The notes under the pieces: generated by a model
Databases searched by the model: none
Told to the model about the DNA's origin: nothing
What the model saw: only the letters and a program-made list of their open reading frames with translations
Shown here: piece by piece, positions 8,753 through 15,997 of the stretch
Layout: every line of letters starts with the position of its first letter
Numbering within the stretch: position 1 is the stretch's first letter
Made by a program: the position numbers and the translations under genes
DNA from: an uncultured archaeon
GTDB lineage: Archaea; Iainarchaeota; Iainarchaeia; Iainarchaeales; 0-14-0-20-30-16
Assembly: GCA_964595665.1 (NCBI GenBank)
Contig: CAZQQS010000008.1
Coordinates: 1 to 27,738, forward strand
Direction of reading: 5' to 3'
DNA length: 27,738 bases

Positions 8753-9058
8753 ATGAATAAAGAAGAGCAAATGAATTATATAATAAAAAATAATTGTAAT
8801 ATTGAAGGGTTTAATTTAGATATTGATTCTGGTGTAGATATTGAATATTGGGCTAATTATTGTAGATCTAATCCTTTAGAAGCTAAACAACAACATTCTA
8901 AATTTATCAATTCTATTTATGAAAAACATGTTTCTTGGAAAAAAACTTTATTATCTAAATCAAATGGTGTAAAAATATTATCGGAATTGTATGATATTAG
9001 AAATCCCATTATTTTATATGAACTAACTGAGAAATCTAAACAATTACAAAAGAAGTGA
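8753..9058 (+). CDS. Hypothetical protein (101 aa, no recognisable motif)
   Basis: It is an ORF with its own TATA-like element. No family was recognised. Confidence 0.4.
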   Translation: MNKEEQMNYIIKNNCNIEGFNLDIDSGVDIEYWANYCRSNPLEAKQQHSKFINSIYEKHVSWKKTLLSKSNGVKILSELYDIRNPIILYELTEKSKQLQKK

Positions 9059-9062
9059 TTTT

Positions 9063-9323
9063 ATGATTTGGTTATATGTTTTGTTAGCATTTCTTTATGT
9101 TTGGATATTTTGTATTGCAATGTTTAGAGGTAAAAGAAATTTTCTTTTGTTTTATGTTTCTTTATTCTTGCCATTTGTGATTGTTGCTTTAGTTTTAATA
9201 TTGGCATTATTAATAGTATTTTTCCCGATAATTTATTTAGTTTTATTTATTTATTCTTTCTTTTCTCCATCTATGGAATTAAATTATGTTTTTAAAAAGC
9301 TTAACATAGGAAAAAAGAATTAA
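9063..9323 (+). CDS. Hypothetical small membrane protein (3 predicted TM segments)
   Basis: 86 aa and almost entirely hydrophobic (WLYVLLAFLYVWIFCIAMF, LLFYVSLFLPFVIVALVLILALLIVFFPIIYLVLFIY). It starts 4 nt after the previous stop. Confidence 0.4.
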   Translation: MIWLYVLLAFLYVWIFCIAMFRGKRNFLLFYVSLFLPFVIVALVLILALLIVFFPIIYLVLFIYSFFSPSMELNYVFKKLNIGKKN

Positions 9324-9733
9324 TTTTTTCTAAATCCTGATAAAAGTAATATTAATTCTTTTGTATTGAATGTAGGTATTTTAGTTTGTTCTTTAAGGTG
9401 TTTATCATTAGACCAAATAGGGTAGTTTAATTTTATTGCTAATGCTAAATAAGAAATATCTTTTTTATCAGATATATTTTCTTTAGCAAATTTTAATTCT
9501 TTATCATATATTTTTAGATCTAAGAATTCTACTTTTGATTTTAGATCTTTTATTAAATTATTAAAATTAGTTTGTTTTGTTTTTTCTAAAATTAATTCTT
9601 TATATTTGTTTAATTCTATTAATGCAAAATCTGGTGCAAATAATTTCAATTTAAATTCAGTTATTAGTTCGTTAGTTACGGAGTTAGGATTTAAAATAGA
9701 AAATAATATGTTTGCATCAGCAATTAATTTTAT
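9320..9733 (-). CDS. PIN-domain (VapC-like) toxin whose N-terminal catalytic region lies upstream of any canonical start codon
   Basis: The track ORF starts at TTG 9649. The same frame is open upstream and encodes (I)KLIADANILFSILNPNSVTNELITEFK, which carries the first PIN acidic residue in IADAN. Later PIN motifs are LIEL, DKKDISYLALA and IWSNDKHL. The 9733 end is the ATA codon that overlaps the antitoxin stop. Confidence 0.65.
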   Translation of the reverse strand: MKLIADANILFSILNPNSVTNELITEFKLKLFAPDFALIELNKYKELILEKTKQTNFNNLIKDLKSKVEFLDLKIYDKELKFAKENISDKKDISYLALAIKLNYPIWSNDKHLKEQTKIPTFNTKELILLLSGFRKN

Positions 9734-9972
9734 ATTAATCCCTTCTTTTTTATTGCTTTGGTAACATCTTTATTTACTTTTTTACCCATCTCAATAGTCC
9801 AAGATTCAAAATCTTTTTCTTTTTCTAATTTTTTTAGCATTTCTTCTTTCCAAGTTAATTCTGTAGTTTTTTCAATAATTGCTTTTTTTGCAACACCAGA
9901 CCAATTTATTTCAGGAAAATTATCCATGCTTTGCTTTACTTCTTCTGGAATAGATATAGTTATATTTACCAT
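9730..9972 (-). CDS. Ribbon-helix-helix (CopG/VapB-like) antitoxin
   Basis: 80 aa. The N-terminus MVNITISIPEEVKQSMD...INWSGVAKKAI fits a beta-strand plus helix RHH pattern. It lies directly upstream of the PIN gene, and an AGGTGA Shine-Dalgarno sits 5 nt before the ATG. Confidence 0.6.
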   Translation of the reverse strand: MVNITISIPEEVKQSMDNFPEINWSGVAKKAIIEKTTELTWKEEMLKKLEKEKDFESWTIEMGKKVNKDVTKAIKKKGLI

Positions 9973-10173
9973 AATATCACCTAATATAATATTTACACAG
10001 AAATATTTAAAAATATTCCCTTTCTTTAAACAATTCTAATTAATTTCTAGATTTAATTACTATTTATAAACTTTATTATATAATATATAATATATCCATT
10101 TGTGATTTTTGGGCGTTATTAAATAAATTTAATATCTGTTTTTAAGGGGATTTTTATATTTTCGACAAGAAAT

Positions 10174-10185
10174 GTATTGCAATAC
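10174..10185. promoter_or_regulatory. Perfect 12-nt palindrome gtattgcaatac flanked by direct cgacaa repeats, a candidate operator in the S-layer upstream region
   Basis: The local sequence reads ttCGACAAgaaatGTATTGCAATACGACAAcatt. Confidence 0.25.
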
Positions 10186-10246
10186 GACAACATTAATCGT
10201 AGAAAATACAAAATCCAAAAGATTCAAAACCTTAAAATAGCAAATA

Positions 10247-10254
10247 TTTATAAA
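10247..10254 (+). promoter_or_regulatory. Candidate TATA box (tttataaa) for the surface-protein gene, implying a leader of roughly 85 nt
   Basis: This is the only strong TATA-like element in the 120 nt before the GGAGAGGTGA Shine-Dalgarno at 10348-10357. An alternative TATA lies near 10150. Confidence 0.3.
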
Positions 10255-10362
10255 TGTAATCGTTTATTTAATAATAATGAGTTTGTTGGATGACTTTGCT
10301 GTAGTGGCAAAATCAGATGATGCAAATTCGCTCTTGATTTCATACAAGGAGAGGTGAAATAA

Positions 10363-12723
10363 ATGAAAGGACAATTCCTTAAGAAAATAACTGCTGTAGG
10401 AATGGGTTTAGCATTAGTTGCTGGGTCTGTTGTTGCTGCAGTAAATTGGTCTGATATGGTTGATGAAACTAATAAGACTATGAAAGTTAGTGGTATAGTT
10501 GTAGGTGCAAATGCTGACCCTATGGATAGTACTGCTGCTGGAAATTTAGCTGCTGCTTTAGCAAGTAAGTACAGCTACGATAAACCGACTACTGTAACTG
10601 AAACAGTTCCTGTTGAAGGTACTGCTGGATTATCTGCTGCTGATGCAAAATCTAAAAAAGAAACTGTAGGTTATAACGAATTCTCTATGACTAAAGCTCA
10701 ATTAACTGGATTTTTAAACGAATCTAGATCTATGGTTGTATCAGATGTTTCAAAAAGTGTTTACTTAAAAGAAGAAATGTTATTCAAAACAACTTCAGAA
10801 TACAACACATCTAAAACTGTTCAAGAATTAGTATCTGGCGTAACTGCAGGTAACTTTGAATATTTAGTAAATGTTGGATCTTCAGGTTTAGATTTGGATA
10901 CAAACGCTTATGAATCAGATAGTGAAAACTATATAACTATGCCATTTTTAGGTGAATGGTACGAGTTAGATGTTGCATCATCTACAGATAACAAAATAGA
11001 ATTAGTATCTGAAGGAGATAAAGACAACTGGTTGAACGAAGGTGAAACTGTTACTGGTTTAGCTTCTAAAGACGGAACTACAACTTATATGGTAAAAGTT
11101 GCTGATGCTTACACAGAAAATACTAGTAATTATGTAATTTTAGAATTATATGATGAAGCAACAAGTGCAAAAATTGCAACTGAAACTGTTGGTGCTGATG
11201 AAACTATAAGATTTAGAGCAAAAGGTAAAGAATTATTACAAGAAAGTATTAAAGTTAAAGAAATTGCAAAAAGAACAGTTTCAAGCTCAGATTCTTTCAA
11301 AGTAAACATTAGAACTGGATTAAACAGAGTTGTTTTGAAAGATGGTAAATGTTATCCTAACTTCGAAGACACAGCTTCAAAAACAAAATGTGATTGGAAA
11401 GCTAATGTAACTTTTACAACTGCTACTAATGTTTTAGAAAGTTATGGTGTAGAAACAACTAACACATACACAAGTTCTTCTGCTTTAAAAGTAAATGATT
11501 CTTTAGTATTACCAAACAATTATGGTGCTGTTCAATTCTTAGGATTAACTGCTGAAGATTCTTTTATGGCTACTTTCGGAACTTCTGTTGAAGGTGTTTC
11601 AGGTAATGCAAGCGATTACGGATTCTCATATTATGATGCAGATGATGTATTAAGAAGCGTTCCATACTATTTCTTAGAAGAAGGTATTCAAATTGATGCT
11701 GACTTACCAGAACCAGTTTATGTAACAGTAGATAATCAAGACTATACTTTGTTCTTACAAAGAGATGGTAACGATTTATTGTACTTAATTGAAGCTGGAG
11801 AAATAGATGAAAACACTGAAGCATTAGGTTCTTTAGATGTTAACTTCTTCTTAGATATTGAAGATGATATGAATGTATCTGACGCAATAACTTTCGGTGA
11901 AGGAGACGTAGATATGAATTACAATGTAATGTTATCTAACTACTCTGGATCTACAGATATCTATAACTTATGGTTAACTTTAGCTCCACAAACTTTTGAT
12001 ATGAAAGTTGGAACTTTAGAATTCATGGGTACAGATACTGATGAAAACATCGATAATAGTGTAGAAGCTGAATATTATATGGTTAACCACGAAGATTTCG
12101 TTATTGCAGATGTTGATGACGATGATTACTACTCAGCTTTATTCAATGTTGCTGATGTTAGTGGTGCTGATATAAATGTATTAGTTGATACAACTACAGG
12201 ATTATTGACTGCTGATGGAGATACAGAAAACGGAAATTCTTATGCTGTAATGTACGGTACTAAATCTTTAAGAACAAAAGTTGGCGAAAGAAAATTATAC
12301 ATTGATGAAAATGTATCTTTGGAAATAGTTGACGATGAAGTTTTAGAATTGTTAATTGCTGAAGATGTAAGAAGAGCTGAATACTTATTCTTCGATTCTA
12401 CAATGATAACTGCAGAAGGTGCAACAAAAGAAGTAACTACTACTAAAATGGTAAAAACTCCATATGCTGGTATGCCTACAGTTATGACTGATGTTGCTGC
12501 TGGTGCTGGTAACTACATAGTAGTTGGTGGATATGCGGTTAATAGCTTGTTTGCTGAAGTAGCTATTGATGCAACTGCTGCAGCTAAAGTTTTCGGTGAT
12601 GCTTTAGCTGAAGCTGGAAATAAAGTTACAAAAGTAATCAACGGTAGCTTATATGTTGCTGGATACACAAAAGAAGACACTATGGATGCTGTAAACGCAT
12701 TAATAGATGAATTAAATTTGTAA
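10363..12723 (+). CDS. S-layer-type cell-surface protein (secreted, acidic, Thr/Asp/Val-rich)
   Basis: The signal peptide is MKGQFLKKITAVGMGLALVAGSVVAA. The protein is 786 aa with no Cys-rich or enzymatic motifs. The C-terminus NYIVVGGYAVNSLFAE...LYVAGYTKEDTMDAVNALIDEL resembles the VVGGxxVN...AGYxxxDT module of archaeal S-layer proteins. It has a strong Shine-Dalgarno, a strong hairpin terminator, and base composition visibly richer in G+C than its neighbours. Confidence 0.65.
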   Translation: MKGQFLKKITAVGMGLALVAGSVVAAVNWSDMVDETNKTMKVSGIVVGANADPMDSTAAGNLAAALASKYSYDKPTTVTETVPVEGTAGLSAADAKSKKETVGYNEFSMTKAQLTGFLNESRSMVVSDVSKSVYLKEEMLFKTTSEYNTSKTVQELVSGVTAGNFEYLVNVGSSGLDLDTNAYESDSENYITMPFLGEWYELDVASSTDNKIELVSEGDKDNWLNEGETVTGLASKDGTTTYMVKVADAYTENTSNYVILELYDEATSAKIATETVGADETIRFRAKGKELLQESIKVKEIAKRTVSSSDSFKVNIRTGLNRVVLKDGKCYPNFEDTASKTKCDWKANVTFTTATNVLESYGVETTNTYTSSSALKVNDSLVLPNNYGAVQFLGLTAEDSFMATFGTSVEGVSGNASDYGFSYYDADDVLRSVPYYFLEEGIQIDADLPEPVYVTVDNQDYTLFLQRDGNDLLYLIEAGEIDENTEALGSLDVNFFLDIEDDMNVSDAITFGEGDVDMNYNVMLSNYSGSTDIYNLWLTLAPQTFDMKVGTLEFMGTDTDENIDNSVEAEYYMVNHEDFVIADVDDDDYYSALFNVADVSGADINVLVDTTTGLLTADGDTENGNSYAVMYGTKSLRTKVGERKLYIDENVSLEIVDDEVLELLIAEDVRRAEYLFFDSTMITAEGATKEVTTTKMVKTPYAGMPTVMTDVAAGAGNYIVVGGYAVNSLFAEVAIDATAAAKVFGDALAEAGNKVTKVINGSLYVAGYTKEDTMDAVNALIDELNL

Positions 12724-12736
12724 ATCCAAAAACCTG

Positions 12737-12775
12737 AGTTAGAGCGAAAGCTCTAACTTATTTTCTCTTTTTTTC
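12737..12775 (+). terminator. Hairpin plus T-tract terminator after the surface-protein gene
   Basis: agttagagc (12737-12745), a GAAA loop and gctctaact (12750-12758) form a 9-bp perfect stem. It is followed by tattttctctttttttc. Confidence 0.6.
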
Positions 12776-12776
12776 G

Positions 12777-12847
12777 ATATCCCTTTTAAACAAAAGGTCT
12801 ACAGTCTACCCCAAAGAAAGGGTATGTTTCGCTTTGCTCAAGCATAC
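12777..12847 (+). repeat. Three-hairpin intergenic module, copy A
   Basis: It starts with atatcccttt. HP1 pairs 12782-12787 with 12792-12797 (cctttt/aaaagg). HP2 pairs 12807-12811 with 12820-12824 (taccc/gggta) around the loop caaagaaa. HP3 pairs 12822-12829 with 12840-12847, where gtatg/catac extends through a G-U and two A-U pairs. Confidence 0.55.
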
Positions 12848-12875
12848 TGTATAATTAGTTTAATTTGTGGAAAGA

Positions 12876-12887
12876 AATATATATAAG
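12876..12887 (+). promoter_or_regulatory. TATA-box-like element (aatatatataag) upstream of the DUF4258-like gene
   Basis: The same core occurs at 8723 and 19088, and it lies about 23 nt before GTG 12905. Confidence 0.4.
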
Positions 12888-12904
12888 ATATTTGTGTTTA
12901 TTTT

Positions 12905-13249
12905 GTGAAATTAATTGATAATGTTGCTAAACAAAATCTATTTTCTAAAATAAAGAATTTTGATATTAACTTTACTAAGCATGCATTATTAAGATTAGAA
13001 CAATCTTCTAGGGTGTATACAAAAGAAGACGTTTCTAGTTTGTTTAAAGCTATTTCTAAATATAAAATAGAACTTTTCTTAGAAAAAGAGAATGTTTATC
13101 ATATTATTTTTATATTTTCAAAACGTAAGGCAATAGATGTTGTTTTTAAAGTTAATGGGCTTATATTAATATTAACGGTATTTCCTTTAGGTAGAAAATC
13201 ATTATTAAAAATATGTAAAAAAATGGGGTTAGATTATGATAAAATATGA
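12905..13249 (+). CDS. DUF4258-like putative toxin
   Basis: INFTKHALLRLEQSSRVYTKEDV and ...LILILTVFPL follow the DUF4258 pattern (FTxHAxxRxxxRxI...vITv). It uses a GTG start and overlaps the downstream DUF2283 gene by 14 nt. Confidence 0.5.
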   Translation: MKLIDNVAKQNLFSKIKNFDINFTKHALLRLEQSSRVYTKEDVSSLFKAISKYKIELFLEKENVYHIIFIFSKRKAIDVVFKVNGLILILTVFPLGRKSLLKICKKMGLDYDKI

Positions 13250-13577
13250 TTATGATTTGGAAAATGATATTTTAAATGTGAATAAATCTAAAGTATTTGA
13301 GAGTATTGAATTAATTGATGGTTTCTATATTGATTTGGATAATAAAAAAAATATTGTTGGTATAGAGTTATTATCCGCATCTAAAATTTTATCAAAATTA
13401 TCTTTTGGTAAAATAAATAAATCTTTTTTGGAAGATTTAAATTTTGTTTCATTAGATATATCTAAATATAGAAATGGATTCATTCTAAAATTGAGTTTTG
13501 AAACAAATGGTAAAAAACAAGATGTTGCTGTGCCAATATATGATTTATACGCTAATCAAAATGTTGTTACAGTTTAA
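13236..13577 (+). CDS. DUF2283-family protein (putative antitoxin partner)
   Basis: MIKYDYDLENDILNV...GFYIDLDNKKNIVGIELLSASK matches the DUF2283 pattern YDxExDxLyi...D.d..G.ivGIEil.as. Confidence 0.6.
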   Translation: MIKYDYDLENDILNVNKSKVFESIELIDGFYIDLDNKKNIVGIELLSASKILSKLSFGKINKSFLEDLNFVSLDISKYRNGFILKLSFETNGKKQDVAVPIYDLYANQNVVTV

Positions 13578-13601
13578 ATATCTTTTTAATATTCATTTTA
13601 T

Positions 13602-13904
13602 ATGAATAAAAAATTAATCGTTTTAATTATCTTAGTTTTTATAATTCTAATTTTTAGTTTATATCCAAAATTTAATGAACTGAATATTAAACAACAAATA
13701 GAAAAAGCAAATTATTGTGATGCAAATTCTGATTGTATTAATTTAGGACAAAAATGTCCTTTTGGTTGTTGTATTTATGTTAATGTAAATGAAGTAGATA
13801 AACTCTCTAACTTATTACTAGCTTATAACTCAAAATGTGTTTACGGTTGTTTAAGTTGTGAAAAAGTAATTTGTGAAAATAAAAAGTGTAAGGAAATAAT
13901 TTAA
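13602..13904 (+). CDS. Small membrane-anchored or secreted Cys-rich protein
   Basis: It has an N-terminal hydrophobic segment LIVLIILVFIILIFSLY. This is followed by 10 Cys in about 60 aa (CDANSDCINLGQKCPFGCC...CVYGCLSCEKVICENKKC). Confidence 0.45.
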   Translation: MNKKLIVLIILVFIILIFSLYPKFNELNIKQQIEKANYCDANSDCINLGQKCPFGCCIYVNVNEVDKLSNLLLAYNSKCVYGCLSCEKVICENKKCKEII

Positions 13905-13958
13905 ATTAGTTAAGATAACTTTAAATAACTTTAGGTTATTTATTATTTAGTGATGTTT

Positions 13959-14219
13959 ATGGGTGCTGTAACTTTAAATTTGAAAGTAACTGATTATAGT
14001 AATCGGGTTTTAGGTGTAGTAAAAGAAAAATATGGTTTTAAAGATAAATCTCAAGCTTTAAATAAGTTATTAGATTTATATGGTCAAGATTTTGTGGAAA
14101 AAGAAGTAAAAGAAGAAGTAATAAAAGACATGTTAAATTCTTGTAATACTCATATTAAAAAATATGGCTTTAGATCTAATAATTTGGCAGATTTAAAAAA
14201 AGAGTTGGAAAGTGAATAA
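13959..14219 (+). CDS. Putative antitoxin (DUF2683-like)
   Basis: GAVTLNLKVTDYSNRVLGVVKEKYGFKDKSQALNKLLDLYG resembles the small archaeal antitoxin family found upstream of RelE. The start is set at ATG 13959, with an AGTGA Shine-Dalgarno at 13948-13952. The stop directly abuts the toxin ATG. Confidence 0.5.
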   Translation: MGAVTLNLKVTDYSNRVLGVVKEKYGFKDKSQALNKLLDLYGQDFVEKEVKEEVIKDMLNSCNTHIKKYGFRSNNLADLKKELESE

Positions 14220-14498
14220 ATGTTTAATTATGATTTGTCAGATGAATTAAAACAGCAATTAAAATTATTATTTAAAAAAAATAAATCTTTGTATTCTATA
14301 ATCTTAAAAAAAATTGAACAAATTATTATGCAAGATAATGAGACTATAAACCATTATAAAAATTTAAGATATGATTTATCTGATTGTAAAAGAGTTCATA
14401 TAGATAAATCTTTTGTATTATTGTTTAAAGTATATCTTGATAAAAATTTTATTTTATTTTATAAGTTTGATCATCACGATAATATTTATAAATTTTAA
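14220..14498 (+). CDS. RelE/ParE-superfamily toxin
   Basis: 92 aa. YKNLRYDLSDCKRVHIDKSFVLLFKVY...ILFYKFDHHDNIYK is the typical RelE/YafQ-type C-terminal pattern (R.hi...fvl.f......i.f..f.HHD.iY). Confidence 0.65.
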   Translation: MFNYDLSDELKQQLKLLFKKNKSLYSIILKKIEQIIMQDNETINHYKNLRYDLSDCKRVHIDKSFVLLFKVYLDKNFILFYKFDHHDNIYKF

Positions 14499-15604
14499 AT
14501 TTTATTTCCTATGTTGTCGCTTAATCTATTTATTTGTTCTTTAATAGTTTCTGCAAGTTTTTCAGATATGCCTGATTTCTTAGCAATTTCTTTACTAGGG
14601 GTAGATAAGATAGTAAATAAATATCCTAAAGAGTTTACTAATTTATCAATATTTGTTTTACTTAATTTTGGAATCTTAGATAATAATCTATAACCTTTTA
14701 CAGATACTAAGCTTTCAATTTTGTCTGAAGGTATTTGTAATATTCCAGAGATTATATCTTTATCAATATTATTTTTGTTAGAATATAATTCTTCAATTAT
14801 GTTTTCTATACTTATGTCGTTACGAGAATAATCTAATAATAATAAACTTAATTCTTTTCTCAAACCAGAAGTATTTTCTTGCAAAGAATGTTTTATTTGA
14901 GTGCCTTCTACACCTAATTCAATAATTATTTCTTCTAAATCTAATTTTGATTTTTCTAAATACAATATTTTTAATAATATTTTTATGGCATCTAAATAAG
15001 TTGTATTATTATTTAATTCATAATAAGTTAATTCATTTAACATAGCATTAATTTGTGTTCTATAATTTGCTATGGTTTTCAAATAATGATCTGCTTTTGT
15101 TGTTAAGTATGGTAAATCGTGTAAAACATAATGTTCTTGATTGTAATATAATGAAATAATATTTCTTCTTTTTGAAATAGCTACAACAGGTAATCCTGTT
15201 TGTTTAGCAGTTTGTTCTCCACTTCTATGTCTTATTCCAGTTTCTTTTGATTCTATATTTCTATCTGGTGTTAAATGAACGTTTGCATATGCAATTTTCT
15301 TTAAATCATTAGATAATACTATTGCACCATCCATTTTACATAATTCAAATAAAGTAGAAGAATTCATTTCAGTATTAATTTTTAGGCCACCTCTTAAAAC
15401 ACCCTCTAAACTGATGTTTGTGCCTAAAACTACTAATGCACCCATTTGTGCTCTTAAAATCTCATCTAAAGCAACTCTAATCTCAGTTCCTGGAGATATT
15501 AAAGTCAATATTTCATAGATGTTCATATCTTGTTTTATACCTTGAACTTTGGCATAATTTATGTCGGGAAAAATGTCTTCTATAATGTCTTCGAACTTGT
15601 CCAT
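14495..15604 (-). CDS. disA: DisA-type diadenylate cyclase (DNA integrity scanning protein)
   Basis: SPGTEIRVALDEILRAQMGALVVLG, the DGA motif in KMDGAIVLS and the RHR motif in ETGIRHRSGEQTAKQTGLPVVAISKRRNIISLY are all present. A C-terminal helix-hairpin-helix follows (KGYRLLSKIPKLS...KKSGISEKLAETIKEQI). The protein is collinear with bacterial DisA over its full length. Confidence 0.9.
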   Translation of the reverse strand: MDKFEDIIEDIFPDINYAKVQGIKQDMNIYEILTLISPGTEIRVALDEILRAQMGALVVLGTNISLEGVLRGGLKINTEMNSSTLFELCKMDGAIVLSNDLKKIAYANVHLTPDRNIESKETGIRHRSGEQTAKQTGLPVVAISKRRNIISLYYNQEHYVLHDLPYLTTKADHYLKTIANYRTQINAMLNELTYYELNNNTTYLDAIKILLKILYLEKSKLDLEEIIIELGVEGTQIKHSLQENTSGLRKELSLLLLDYSRNDISIENIIEELYSNKNNIDKDIISGILQIPSDKIESLVSVKGYRLLSKIPKLSKTNIDKLVNSLGYLFTILSTPSKEIAKKSGISEKLAETIKEQINRLSDNIGNKI

Positions 15605-15684
15605 GAAATCACTTAATTATATATTCTGCTAAAATATATATAGATTTCGTGTAAACATATCTCGAGTAAACATAACAATCTCTT

Positions 15685-15693
15685 TTTATATTT
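15685..15693 (+). promoter_or_regulatory. TATA box (tttatattt) for the RNase P RNA gene
   Basis: It is centred about 25 nt upstream of the first base of the predicted P1 helix at 15714. Confidence 0.5.
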
Positions 15694-15713
15694 AATGTAA
15701 TATATTTTTTTAT

Positions 15714-15951
15714 TAGTAGTAGGCGATTGGCTTTCGGTTTTAAACTGAGGAAAGTCCGCCCATTCCTATAGAGTAATTGTTTTGAGAGAAACTAGATTTG
15801 TATACAGAAAAGCACCTTTTTAGGTTTACTATGATATTAAACTTGAGATGCCTAAAAACTCGTTGAAATTAGCAAATCACTCTGGAATGCAAGCATACGC
15901 GCTTAGATCAATGCCAACTAAAAACAGAAGGCGGCTTACGGCCTACAACTA
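15714..15951 (+). ncRNA. rnpB: RNase P RNA (short, about 238 nt)
   Basis: CR-I is GAGGAAAGTCCGCC at 15747-15760, CR-IV-like AGATCAATG at 15905-15913 and CR-V ACAGAAGGCGGCTTA at 15924-15938. P4 forms between AAGTCCGCC and GGCGGCTT with the conserved bulged U. P1 pairs tagtagtaggc (15714-15724) with gcctacaacta (15941-15951), 11 bp with one mismatch. Confidence 0.85.
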
Positions 15952-15997
15952 TATCCTTTTATAAAATTTCTGTTATTATTATATTAAAGTGGTATTT

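Noticed and set aside
9758-10039. Track ORF 9758..10039(+)
   Set aside because: It is antisense to the RHH antitoxin, Ser/Phe-rich and low-complexity.
10260-10345. C/D-box sRNA in the S-layer leader (gatgatg at about 10316, ggatgac at about 10291)
   Set aside because: The candidate C boxes do not match RUGAUGA exactly. No CUGA D box lies at the right distance and no terminal stem is present.
11570-11824. Track ORF 11570..11824(-)
   Set aside because: It is antisense to the well-supported surface-protein gene.
14511-14693. Track ORF 14511..14693(+)
   Set aside because: It is antisense to the disA 3' region.
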